Shown piece after piece: positions 1-11,197 of a stretch of 37,735 nucleotides of DNA. The DNA comes from Octopus bimaculoides (lineage: Eukaryota): positions 133,436,668 to 133,474,402 of the forward strand of contig NC_068983.1 in assembly GCF_001194135.2 (NCBI RefSeq), written 5' to 3'. Position 1 is the stretch's first letter. The number at the start of each line of letters is the position of its first letter. The notes below the pieces were generated by a model. The model was given only the letters and a program-made list of their open reading frames with translations. It had not been told where the DNA came from and did not search any database. The position numbers and the translations under genes are program-made.

Positions 1-46
<46 letters not shown>
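1..46. repeat. (GT)n microsatellite
   Basis: Perfect GT repeat. Confidence 0.99.
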
Positions 47-50
<4 letters not shown>

Positions 51-262
51 TTGCATCTGTATTTGTACTCTCACAACAGCTTGAATAACCGACGTTGGTG
101 ATTTTACGTCTCTGTAACTTTGCGGTTCAGGAAAAGAGACCGATAAAATAAGTACTAGGCTTAAAAAATATTCTAAGGGTCGATTTGTTCGACTAAAACA
201 CTTCAAAGCGGTGCTTCAGCATGGCCGCAGTCCAATGATTGAAGCAAGCGAAAGAATAGCGA
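47..262 (+). mobile_element. SINE family A-related 3' half
   Basis: cagcttgaataaccgacgttggtg...gagaccgataaaataagtactaggctt...ggtcgatttgttcgactaa...cagcatggccgcagtccaatga. Confidence 0.85.
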
Positions 263-1350
263 ATAAAAGAGCTGATACAAGATCAGAATGTTACAGACAA
301 GTTCGAAATCAGCGGTGGAACTGAACTTAAGTGAACAAATCTTGAAGAAATGTCGGTCGAATAAACTGACAAAACTCACAAACAAGTAGGAATCATGTAC
401 ACCTGTTTTTCGAGAAATGGAAGATGAAGTCGATTTTTTTCAATATGAAAACACAATGCAAAGCTACAGAAATTCCGAATACGACTACTTTGATACCAGT
501 AACAATGACATTCATTTGGAGAACGAAGTGTACAAAAGGAGGAAGCAGATTATTACATCAAAGAAAACAGACGTAGTGGTAGGAAAAACTGACAGACACA
601 ACAAAAATGGAAAAACCGAGAGTAAATTTTCTATGTAAATTTAGTGTCAGGGATAAATGATTAAAACCAAATGAGGAAACTAAAATTAGAAAAATCTCGA
701 GTTTGAAATATGTGAAGTGAAATGGAAATCACCTTATTGAAACCTCGAGTACCGGAAAAAAAATTCCAAAACTGTGACGTCAAAACGCAGAAAGAAATCA
801 CCGAACGAACGAATGAAAGACACGAGAACAATATTAAATTTATGAAAAATCGATGTAGAAAGAGACCAAACGAAATCAAATATAACACTTGAAGCGAAAA
901 GTCTGCGGTTGCGGGAGTATGAAACCTATTACGAAACAGAATTAGGGAAAACTAAAAATTAATCACCAAAATATTTTTAAAATATGCAGCTTGCGAATAG
1001 CACAAGGAACCATAACTCCTTCTGCAATAATTTACAAGTCAGATGAAGAAATAATCAAAGCGACAGTCCATAACCTTTCATATGCAAACGTAATCAAAAA
1101 TGGACAGACATTCAATAATTCATACCAAAACAAACTCCACTGCCAAGAAATACTTCCAAACCATAACAAAGGAAGAGCAAATCAAAATCAACTGTCAAAT
1201 TAAAGAAAAAGACATAAATCCACGAAAACAAGCTAATATGCCAAGGAAAACGTGAAACCAACAATACTAGACATATCCTATTGCTACATTTCGTGATGGT
1301 CTTTTTTTATTTTTGCCAAATAAGCACATGCATTATATATTCGTTCTTTA

Positions 1351-1487
1351 CTGAAGAGACCACAGACGTGTGACGAAAGATTTCCAAACAATGGACATGA
1401 CATAAGATAAAATAAGAACAATAGTTCTTATTTTACCTTTTGTCCATTGTCTGGAAATCTTTCGCCACACATCAGTGACCTCTTCAG
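1351..1487. repeat. Imperfect palindrome of two tail-to-tail hammerhead-like motifs
   Basis: Plus arm CTGAAGA-GACCACAGACGTGTGAC-GAAA-GATTTCC...TAAAATAAGAAC; loop AATA (1420-23); minus arm CTGAAGA-GGTCACTGATGTGTGGC-GAAA-GATTTCC...TAAAATAAGAAC. Confidence 0.8.
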
Positions 1488-1609
1488 TGTCCCTTTCTAT
1501 CCACATGTATCCTCCTGCTCCACCTAATCTATTCTGCCCTTCTATGATGTGTATCCTTATCTGCGCATGCGTTTGCGTTTGTATCCTTGTGTATATGTGT
1601 GTGTGTTTG

Positions 1610-1710
<101 letters not shown>

Positions 1711-2650
1711 CTTTGTGTTTCGCATATGTACTTATGTGTGTGTATATGGGCTTGGCCACTGCACTCTTTGTGTCTGTCGAAATATCAACAGCTGGAAATC
1801 CTTCTTTAAAAAAAATACTGGGAAAGGCAGTGTGCAAATGACTGACAAAACAGATAACAAAAATTTATATAAAAGAACAGAGTTGCTAACAAATACAACA
1901 CTAATGACACAAAGATTCAAAGAAATACTTAATCAATTGATTTAAAACTAATAAATTATAAATTTATCAGAACGAAATCTCATTTTTAAAAAATGAACAA
2001 AACTTTTGGAATATAGGCTTCAATTCTCACCAACACCAAAACATGAGGTAGATCTTATCACAGATACCGAAGGATTTTGTAGAAATCTTCGCCAACAAGA
2101 GTAACGATGGGATTCCTAGAAGAAAAGCATATACCCGATCTGGGATTACTTTTGATCAGCTTTTCCATCCTTATTTGAAAGAAAACTGGGTAAGGAATAA
2201 CGGCCTCACATTTCTGAAGTCAGATAAAAGTGAAAGAAGACCTTACAAGATTCCTTGAATTAATGAATTGCATTCATGAATGGATCAAATTTTCAAAGGA
2301 AATTAACGAAAGGAAACTTGTTTTTATTATTTTTGTAATTAAGAAAAACACTAATAAGATTAATTATTGTAAGGACACGGACACGCATCAATGCATAAAT
2401 TTTTAGATCTTGTCATCCATTCGATACTAGGAAGCACACTCAATAGCTACGAACTGAAGTAAACGTGAGAGACAATTGTAGTATTAAGGTATTCGACTAG
2501 AAACGAGAATACTCGAAAGGCATAGTAAATCATACCATAACCAAGTAAAAATATCGCTATCTCTGATTTACAGGGAAACGTAGGGGAAAGCAGAAATATT
2601 CCATTTGTTCGCAGAAACCACCTCTTACATTCCTGCAAACGAGTATACAA

Positions 2651-2683
<33 letters not shown>

Positions 2684-3904
2684 AAAAAATCTTTATAAGA
2701 ATTTATCAAGTAGTCAGCGTGAAAAACCCATAAGGAAAAAAACCCATCGTTTTTTTTCCGTAAATATATATAATTTATATAAGGGCATTACTATATAATA
2801 ATGCTTCACGCTTAGAGGGACTAAATAAGTCAAAAACTACCAAAAAATAAGCACATANNNNNNNNNNNNNNNNNNNNNNNNNNNNNNNNNNNNNNNNNNN
2901 NNNNNNNNNNNNNNNNNNNNNNNNNNNNNNNNNNNNNNNNNNNNNNNNNNNNNNNNNNNNNNNNNNNNNNNNNNNNNNNNNNNNNNNNNNNNNNNNNNNN
3001 NNNNNNNNNNNNNNNNNNNNNNNNNNNNNNNNNNNNNNNNNNNNNNNNNNNNNNNNNNNNNNNNNNNNNNNNNNNNNNNNNNNNNNNNNNNNNNNNNNNN
3101 NNNNNNNNNNNNNNNNNNNNNNNNNNNNNNNNNNNNNNNNNNNNNNNNNNNNNNNNNNNNNNNNNNNNNNNNNNNNNNNNNNNNNNNNNNNNNNNNNNNN
3201 NNNNNNNNNNNNNNNNNNNNNNNNNNNNNNNNNNNNNNNNNNNNNNNNNNNNNNNNNNNNNNNNNNNNNNNNNNNNNNNNNNNNNNNNNNNNNNNNNNNN
3301 NNNNNNNNNNNNNNNNNNNNNNNNNNNNNNNNNNNNNNNNNNNNNNNNNNNNNNNNNNNNNNNNNNNNNNNNNNNNNNNNNNNNNNNNNNNNNNNNNNNN
3401 NNNNNNNNNNNNNNNNNNNNNNNNNNNNNNNNNNNNNNNNNNNNNNNNNNNNNNNNNNNNNNNNNNNNNNNNNNNNNNNNNNNNNNNNNNNNNNNNNNNN
3501 NNNNNNNNNNNNNNNNNNNNNNNNNNNNNNNNNNNNNNNNNNNNNNNNNNNNNNNNNNNNNNNNNNNNNNNNNNNNNNNNNNNNNNNNNNNNNNNNNNNN
3601 NNNNNNNNNNNNNTATATATATATATATATATATTGTTCCATGTTAGAAAGAACAAAAAATGTACTCCATCTGGTGAGAGATTGTTATTATTTATTTAAA
3701 GGACACAACACATGTCTTTAAGTGCTTCTAATAGTTTCATATGTTGCGAAATTTCTCAGGCGTATTCATGAGGCACAAACGCGAAAATGACGAGAAATCA
3801 GCATATAGAAAACGCAGATGGTTATAAAAAGCGGAAAACATATATGGTATGTATGTATGTATGTATGTATGTATGTATGTATGTATGCTTGTATGTATGC
3901 TCAG

Positions 3905-4112
3905 TTCACTCAGCTGGCAAAAATGAGTTGTACTTCTACTTCTATGGGCCACTTTTGTCACATCTTGTGTCACGCTGAATCTCTCTATGAGAACTACATT
4001 AAGGATACGCGCATCTGTAGAGTGCTCAGTGACTTGCACGTTAATTTCACGAGCAGGCTTTTCTGTTGGTCGGATCAATGGAACACTCATCGTAGCAACC
4101 GACAGGATGCCA
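3905..4112 (+). mobile_element. SINE family B 3' half
   Basis: tgtgtcacgctga...gagaactac...gagtgctcag...ttgcacgttaatttcacgagcaggct...cggatcaa matches 24390-24530. Confidence 0.85.
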
Positions 4113-4157
4113 GTTTTATATATACATATGTTAAATCACTAAAGTTAAAGTCTTGTC

Positions 4158-4223
4158 ATAGAGTGACCAATGGTTTCGCATCCACGAAAGGTACAGCCTT
4201 GTGGACAGCCCTTCAGACTCTAT
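4158..4223 (-). ncRNA. Type I hammerhead ribozyme motif, stems intact, core A9 to G
   Basis: Reverse complement reads ATAGAGT CTGAAGG GC-TG-TCCAC-AAGG-CTGTA-CCTT-TC-GTGGA-T-GC GAAA CC-ATT-GGTC ACTCTAT: 7-bp stem I, long pairable stem II, near-palindromic stem III and GUC site. The core is CUGAAGG rather than CUGANGA. Confidence 0.75.
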
Positions 4224-4511
4224 AAAAAGGAAAATTTAACTCTTCATCTCGCGGAGGCGGACAAACGCTACGGTGAATTGGTGAAACGGCCATCAGAGAA
4301 AAAAACGTTAATGAGTACTGGTTGTCTCCCCTGGGCCAATGGTCAATTTGAAGTGGGGATTTATTTGATAAGGTCTCTAACGAGGCTAATAAAGACCTGC
4401 AAAATTGGGATTCTCCATTCGCTGATTAGGCTCGTAAGAGACCTTACGAAATAAATCCCCACTTCCAATTAATCACTGGCCCAGGTGAGACAACCCGTCC
4501 TCACTAACGTT

Positions 4512-4542
<31 letters not shown>

Positions 4543-4617
4543 CTTTTTGTCTGATCGCCGTTTGACTAATACACCGCAGCATTTCTCCGCGAGGTCAAAA
4601 GTTAAATTTGTCTTTGT

Positions 4618-4673
4618 ATAGAGTCTGATGAAGGCTGCGGTTTCCGTGAATGCGAAACCATTAGTCACTCTAT
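4618..4673 (+). ncRNA. Type I hammerhead ribozyme motif, catalytic boxes intact, stem II shortened
   Basis: ATAGAGT(4618-24) CTGATGA(4625-31) stem II region GAAA(4654-57) C-cattA-GTC(4664-66) ACTCTAT(4667-73). Perfect 7-bp stem I; GUC cleavage triplet with predicted cut after 4666. Confidence 0.8.
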
Positions 4674-4754
4674 GACCTGACTTTAACTTTAGTGATTGAA
4701 TATTTTACTGCTCTATTCCTTAGAGTGTGCTTCTTATTCAGATATATGATATAT

Positions 4755-4860
4755 ATACACATACACACACATACACACACACACATACACACATACATAC
4801 ATACATACATACATACATACATACATACATACATACATACATACGTCTGTACATACATAC
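4755..4860. repeat. (CA)n/(CATA)n compound microsatellite
   Basis: Direct inspection; similar (TATG)n at 3846-3898. Confidence 0.97.
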
Positions 4861-5229
4861 GCTTATATTTGTGTCAATATCATTGTGTCCATGAAAATTA
4901 GCAATTTCTGCCAATGTGTTTTGGGTTTTACACTCGATAAATTATTTATACTTTATAAACGCATTTAAATGATCGATCATGTGGCGTAGGTTAGTTATGT
5001 TTTCCCGTAGTGCTGTGACCTACCTAGGTCGCATGTGTTGAATTGTTTCATTGTCGCATGCTTTGCAAACATCTCTTTAGTGTTCCTTTCTGAGTAACTA
5101 TCACTGTTTACAGGCAGTTACTGAGACCCCATTGCGTTATCAAACTTTATAGTATAGTCCCTAGTGATATTATTCATGAAGATGCTTTGTTTTTACCTAC
5201 TCTTGCCTAAAAAGGTCTTTTAACGATAG

Positions 5230-5770
5230 AAAAGTTGAAAAGATTTTTATATTGAACGTGTTCTGCAATGACCTTATCGCATTTCTCCATAGAGGTTCCG
5301 ATCTAACAGTGGTTTGTGATGGGGGTGCTGGCGATGGAAGTTTGTTTTCAATCTTGGTCACTGGGGCAGTTTTTCACTGATTTTGAAAACCGCCGGAGAA
5401 AGAAGTTAACATCATAATTACAGGAATAACAAAGAGGGGAAACATCTCTCCTCTGGGTCAGAGGGTGGAGCGTATGTATGCCTGACTTTATGCCAGTTAG
5501 TCTTTTGTCCTTACTGGATGACGTCAAGAGCAGCACTGGCTCAGATGTACGAGCAATACTTCATTGTATGCCGTACATATTACATGTGCTTTTTAGACTG
5601 TCAATAATAGTTATAACATGTTGAATATCCTCTGGCTCTGAAAAGAAGAGCTAGTCGTTTGGATTCTGACCTAGCTATGTTAAGCACTTTTGCTAGAAGT
5701 AGTCGTCGATGACAATGTGTCCGAACGTTTGGACCGATTGTGAAATCTCTAATTGCATACTACTCATGAT
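5230..5770 (-). mobile_element. Non-LTR retrotransposon (CR1/L2 superclade-like) RT C-terminal fragment
   Basis: Minus strand with stops and frameshifts: SKRLALLFRAR...MKYCSYI*ASAALDVIQ...LHPLTQRRDVSPL...EPLWRN, resembling MEYCSHIW...LD.IQ...L..L..RR.V..L...LWN of these LINEs. Confidence 0.7.
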
Positions 5771-6599
5771 TAGGGAGCTTCCGATGATGTTTTCTTCATA
5801 TGAGTAGTGTTTCTGTTATCTTATAATTGAAAAAAAACAGAAACTGACCTAACTCCTGTGAAGGATGCTTCGTTGTTTGTACCCATAGAATCCGTGTTTA
5901 GTAACTGGTGTACGTTATCAGCATGTGCTAGAGTGACACACCCAGCCACTTACATATTAAATCAATGAGAAGGCAATTCAGTCCATGAAATGACTAAGTC
6001 TCATTGACAAAACTGACATCCATATAACCACTGCTATTGTTTACAGCTTATAACAGTAGCGTCGATAAAATGAATTGTTATTCAAATTTAGTCTTCATTA
6101 TCCGCTTCTCTTCAATGCTGAATGATCTATTATTTCATACAAAAGTCTAAATGTTTCGCCTACATATTTTTTTATCAATTTGGAGTATATACTCTGATAT
6201 ATAATACTTCGTCTTTCATTGTTTTCATTTTTCCAGATCAGTAACTTTGCTCATTCTACCCTATAAAATCCCAACCATTTGCAAAATGATAAACCAATAT
6301 TTTCTCTTCAGTGTGATCCATTCCTGATGCAATTCAAAAGTTCCAATTAAAAATAAATGTTGTGCTTCAGTATTTTTTCTGGATCAAATCAGTCTCTATT
6401 CCACATGAAATGCAGATGTGTTTTCATTTCTTTGAGATTTAATGTTTATTATCATTGTTTAGCCAAACACGCAACACGCAACACACATACATAAATATAG
6501 AGAGAGAGAGACATTATATGGATGTATTTATATGTACGTGTTTGTACGTACGAATGTATTTGTGTGTGAGTGTGTATATATGTGTGTATGTATTTACAT

Positions 6600-6715
6600 G
6601 AGGTGAATTGGCAGGGTCATTAAGGTGTCGGACGTACTACATTAAAGTATTTATATCTGCTTTCTGCGTGGAGGTCTCCCGACTTCAAATCCCGCCGAAG
6701 TCAAATTTGCCTTTA
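6600..6715 (+). mobile_element. SINE family C 5' fragment, diverged
   Basis: ggtgaattggcagggtcattaag...ttcaaatcccgccgaagtcaaatttgccttt parallels 10564-10675. Confidence 0.65.
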
Positions 6716-7630
6716 GATTTAAGAATATTACTGCTCCAAACCAACTGTAATGAACTCTTAGGAACAAATGAAAAACAGGAAAAAAAATCATAAAATGTCG
6801 TTCATCTGACTGTTCAAACAATGAGAATTAGCCTAAGTGGTGTCCCTTAAAAATATAAGCTCTTTCCTACGGTGGAATTTGAACGGAGGTCTTAAAACAA
6901 TAGAAATAAATACCATCTACCATTTGATACGCATTCAATTATTTTTTGTCACTTTAATCCGTAACCCATAGTGAATTAGTAATGACAGAACCACCTCTCT
7001 ATTAGTCATTTGGTGTTTTTAATGTACCTATAGGATTGTTATACTTGTTGAAGTCTCAGCTCATTATTTTAATTTCTGACACCTCTACCAGCTGTCAATA
7101 TTGCATAATGAACAGCTAACAATTTCAGTATTCATACTCATCTTGCTTGTTGTTTATATTAGATCACTCGTCTATTGATTCTTCCTATGAATCACATTGT
7201 CCCGTTTATAAAGTATTCTAACGTGTTACTTCGGTACAGTGAATACGTAACTTCATGAATTAAAGATTAAAATGGATGTTGAATGGAGAGACGCTCCTCT
7301 AAACGAAGTACGGCAAATAACAAACTGTTGGTAGTAAAATCTAGGAATTAAAACATGACACAGGTAACAACATGAAGCTGAGAAGGAGTTTCAGTAGATT
7401 GTCTTATTGTGGAGAGAGGTAAAATGCCTGCTATCTAATAGCAACCGAGATCTCTGAGGTTATGAAAGAAATGAAATGATCTCAAAATACAAAATCCTAT
7501 TGATTTTCATCCATATTGATTTCTAACATAAGCTGAAAGCAACATTTTGGGTGGGGGAGTATAATCAATATCATCGATCTTAACACATGATTGGTACTTT
7601 ATTCTATCGACCCCGGAAGAAGAAAAAGAA

Positions 7631-7843
7631 GTGCTGAAAAATTCCTGGCTTTGGCTAAAAGAAAATACAGGAGGATTAGTTTATTATGATTTTATTCAAT
7701 ATATTCCCCTCTCAGATTCGCATATTTATTGCAGTGGTCATCCAGTTCTTCCTAAGCCCTATTAAAGAACTCAGAAGTTTGGGCCTCCGACCAGGCCTTT
7801 CGCAACACCCTTAAAGCCCGCAACTTTTCAGCACCCCCTCGTA
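7631..7843. mobile_element. Mariner-type MITE (~210 bp)
   Basis: Terminal inverted repeats GTGCTGAAAAATTCCTGGCTTT (7631-) and AAAGCCCGCAACTTTTCAGCACCCCCTCG followed by TA (to 7843). The left TIR lacks its outer CGAGGGG. No ORF. Confidence 0.75.
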
Positions 7844-8723
7844 TAAATATAACCATAATGTTTGAAGTGAAAGCTTAAAGTAACATAACTAAATGCCGTC
7901 TGTTTTTCCACTGCTATACCAATTCTATCAATTTACCACCTTTACATAACATTCTGTCTCTGTCGATCAATTCTACCAACTCACCACTATTCTGTTCACC
8001 ACAATATCAATTCCACTATCTACAGCCATTTATCCACCACCATGTCGAATCTACCAAGCCACTAACCTTACAGTGCCATTCGCATTATCTGTATCGTCAG
8101 AAAGGTGGATGGGTAACATACTTGTGAGAGTACCCGCTAGATATCTTGTATTCATTTACATCGTTCTTACGTTCTAAACCACATCTTAGGAACCAAAACG
8201 TAGATTATAATTCCTACCAACACTCAATAAATCAAACATTGTTTGCATCATATTTCATGGACACTCTTATTGGTTAAACAAGAGAAACTACCTAACGCAT
8301 TTACATGATTTATCGAAACAGCAATCAAAACTTATGTCTCCACTGCATTAAACACTGAAGTACGCATAGGATAATATAGACCCAGGTGTGCTTTGCTTTA
8401 AAATAGCTGTAACAAGGTGGCTATTACTTCATCATTGGTTTGCTGAATCAGTGACTAATAGCGGCTACAATTTATAGTATTTGGTCACCTTTTCTAACTG
8501 TAGCAATGGGTCGCCCTTTCTACGTTTGGCTTTTGTGAATGCCAAATATATAGGTCTACTACTACATCATATCCGTGTTTCTTTTCTATCACTGTCAACT
8601 ATGTTTTATCTTCACAACAAATCTCTGATGCTCTGTTTTCCCTCTCCACACTCAGCCTTTCATCACAATTATACTAGACCATTTTATTTCATTTCACTTC
8701 CCCGTATTCATTCTCCCTCCCCC

Positions 8724-8777
<54 letters not shown>

Positions 8778-8790
8778 TTCTCTCTCTCTC
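8724..8790. repeat. (CT)n microsatellite
   Basis: Direct inspection; a longer (CT)n tract lies at 30615-30715. Confidence 0.97.
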
Positions 8791-9314
8791 AATCACACAC
8801 ACACAGGCACAAACGGTGCTATTCAAACATAACCAATTTGCTTATAATATATCCTCAACCATCACCAATACAAGCGCCACTGTAAATTTCACCACCTCTT
8901 CCATTTCGACTCTAACCAACTGGATCACGTGACTTCCTTATAACAAGATTAGTTACACTGTTGATAAGAAACTCGTTCAATAGCCGCATTCATTAACACG
9001 TCGCTCATACCATTTTAGCGCATTTTTGCAATTAACCCCCACCCCAGCAGTCACAAACATCCACGCCTAAATCGACTAAACATACTTCACTTTGTAGTGT
9101 GTAGATTGTTCTCCCAGCTTCATACACACATGCTGCTACTACTGCTACTGCTGCTACTGCTGCTACTGCTGCAACTGGTGCCGTTGCTGCATCAATCTTT
9201 ATCAACAGATAGCAGGGTTATCTGTGAGACCTGTTAGAGTAGTCATATATGTTTAATTGCTTAAATAGCTAACCTCTGAAGAAAACGTATCTAACACCGG
9301 TGAAAGTAATTAGC

Positions 9315-9360
<46 letters not shown>

Positions 9361-10327
9361 NNNNNNNNNNNNNNNNNNNNNNNNNNNNNNNNNNNNNNNN
9401 NNNNNNNNNNNNNNNNNNNNNNNNNNNNNNNNNNNNNNNNNNNNNNNNNNNNNNNNNNNNNNNNNNNNNNNNNNNNNNNNNNNNNNNNNNNNNNNNNNNN
9501 NNNNNNNNNNNNNNNNNNNNNNNNNNNNNNNNNNNNNNNNNNNNNNNNNNNNNNNNNNNNNNNNNNNNNNNNNNNNNNNNNNNNNNNNNNNNNNNNNNNN
9601 NNNNNNNNNNNNNNNNNNNNNNNNNNNNNNNNNNNNNNNNNNNNNNNNNNNNNNNNNNNNNNNNNNNNNNNNNNNNNNNNNNNNNNNNNNNNNNNNNNNN
9701 NNNNNNNNNNNNNNNNNNNNNNNNNNNNNNNNNNNNNNNNNNNNNNNNNNNNNNNNNNNNNNNNNNNNNNNNNNNNNNNNNNNNNNNNNNNNNNNNNNNN
9801 NNNNNNNNNNNNNNNNNNNNNNNNNNNNNNNNNNNNNNNNNNNNNNNNNNNNNNNNNNNNNNNNNNNNNNNNNNNNNNNNNNNNNNNNNNNNNNNNNNNN
9901 NNNNNNNNNNNNNNNNNNNNNNNNNNNNNNNNNNNNNNNNNNNNNNNNNNNNNNNNNNNNNNNNNNNNNNNNNNNNNNNNNNNNNNNNNNNNNNNNNNNN
10001 NNNNNNNNNNNNNNNNNNNNNNNNNNNNNNNNNNNNNNNNNNNNNNNNNNNNNNNNNNNNNNNNNNNNNNNNNNNNNNNNNNNNNNNNNNNNNNNNNNNN
10101 NNNNNNNNNNNNNNNNNNNNNNNNNNNNNNNNNNNNNNNNNNNNNNNNNNNNNNNNNNNNNNNNNNNNNNNNNNNNNNNNNNNNNNNNNNNNNNNNNNNN
10201 NNNNNNNNNNNNNNNNNNNNNNNNNNNNNNNNNNNNNNNNNNNNNNNNNNNNNNNNNNNNNNNNNNNNNNNNNNNNNNNNNNNNNNNNNNNNNNNNNNNN
10301 NATATATACATACACACACGCACACAC

Positions 10328-10392
10328 GCATATCGAAGGCAGAGCTCTAGCATGGTTGCAGTCCAGTGATTGAAAGAAGTTGAAGATAATAG
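10328..10392 (+). mobile_element. SINE family A 3' tip
   Basis: gaaggcagagctctagcatggttgcagtccagtgattgaaag resembles the family A 3' end. Confidence 0.55.
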
Positions 10393-10563
10393 CTAAATGC
10401 ACACACGCATATATACATACATCTTTATATCTGTGTGTGTGTGTGTATATAAATATATATATATGTATGTATGTATGCATGTATGTATGTATATACGTAT
10501 GCATGCGAAACGTGTTAATGTAGTTAACTGCACATGTCTTTGTTGAAATATTTTTGTCATGAA

Positions 10564-10780
10564 AGGCAGCGAGCTGGCAGAAACGTTAGCACGCCGGGCG
10601 AGATGCTTAGCGGTATTTCGTCTCTCTTTACGTTCTGAGTTCAAATTCCAGCCGAGGTCGACTTTGCCTTTCATCCTTTCGAGGTCGTTAAATTAATTAC
10701 CAGTGGCGTACTGAAGGCGATCTAATCGACTGGGCCCCTCCCCCAAAATTTCGGGCCTTATGCCAAGCGTAGAAAAGAAT
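10564..10780 (+). mobile_element. tRNA-like SINE, family C
   Basis: GGCAGCGAGCTGGCAGAAACGTTAGC...GAGTTCAAATTCC...GAGGTCGACTTTGCCTTTCATCC...CCCCCAAAATTTC. Related partial copies at ~6600-6715 (+), ~7545-7620 (-) and probably ~36355-36440 (-). Confidence 0.8.
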
Positions 10781-11005
10781 ATTTTTGTCAGGAAATTCTA
10801 GTTATACTATTTTTATATTTTCTGATTAATTGTGACAGTGTTGCTGTAACTTTTCTGTTGTGATACTTATGTACAGATTGTTCTGTTTCGTATTGTTTAT
10901 TAAAAACTCTGTTTGTGACACTTTGTGGTATAATACTTATTATGAGGTACTCATTGAGATGGATTATTTTACTGCGCTATTGCAGTTTATTTCTATTGTC
11001 ATGAA

Positions 11006-11150
11006 AAGGGCGTTGGTGTGTGGTTAAGATCATTTTGCAACAATGTGCTTTCAGGTTCAGTCCCATTCGCGGCAATTTGTGTCCTATAGACTAGGGCTAA
11101 TGACTTGTTAGGGAATTTGCTGGACAGAGCTGCGTGGAAGCCCATCATGT
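11006..11150 (+). mobile_element. Diverged SINE family A-like 5' half
   Basis: ggtgtgtggttaag...caggttcagtcccattcgcggcaa...gacttgttagggaatttg...gaagcccatc parallels the family A head. Confidence 0.6.
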
Positions 11151-11155
11151 GTATG

Positions 11156-11197
<42 letters not shown>

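Larger units (their letters stand above)
4134..4697. mobile_element. Fold-back element: two ~260-270 bp inverted arms (4134-4390, 4425-4697) with a 34-bp spacer, each arm carrying a hammerhead motif; probably PLE pseudo-LTR or retrozyme derived
   Basis: Arms align by eye along their whole length, e.g. aatcactaaagttaaagtc / gactttaactttagtgatt, gaagtggggatttattt / aaataaatccccacttc, ttgtctcccctgggcca / tggcccaggtgagacaa. The right arm has a poly-T expansion. The inversion is seen directly; the PLE origin is inference. Confidence 0.85.

Noticed and set aside
2495-2520. CGAG-AATA-CTCG-AAAG hairpin resembling hammerhead stem II
   Set aside because: No CUGANGA box and no cleavage triplet; too degraded to call.
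4422-4452. CTGATTA...GAAA at the inner end of the right arm as a further hammerhead
   Set aside because: The core is non-canonical, it is not reproduced in the left arm, and there is no supporting stem I or III.
8070-8102. Minus-strand CTGACGA...GCGAAT
   Set aside because: GAAT instead of GAAA and no pairable stems; compatible with chance.
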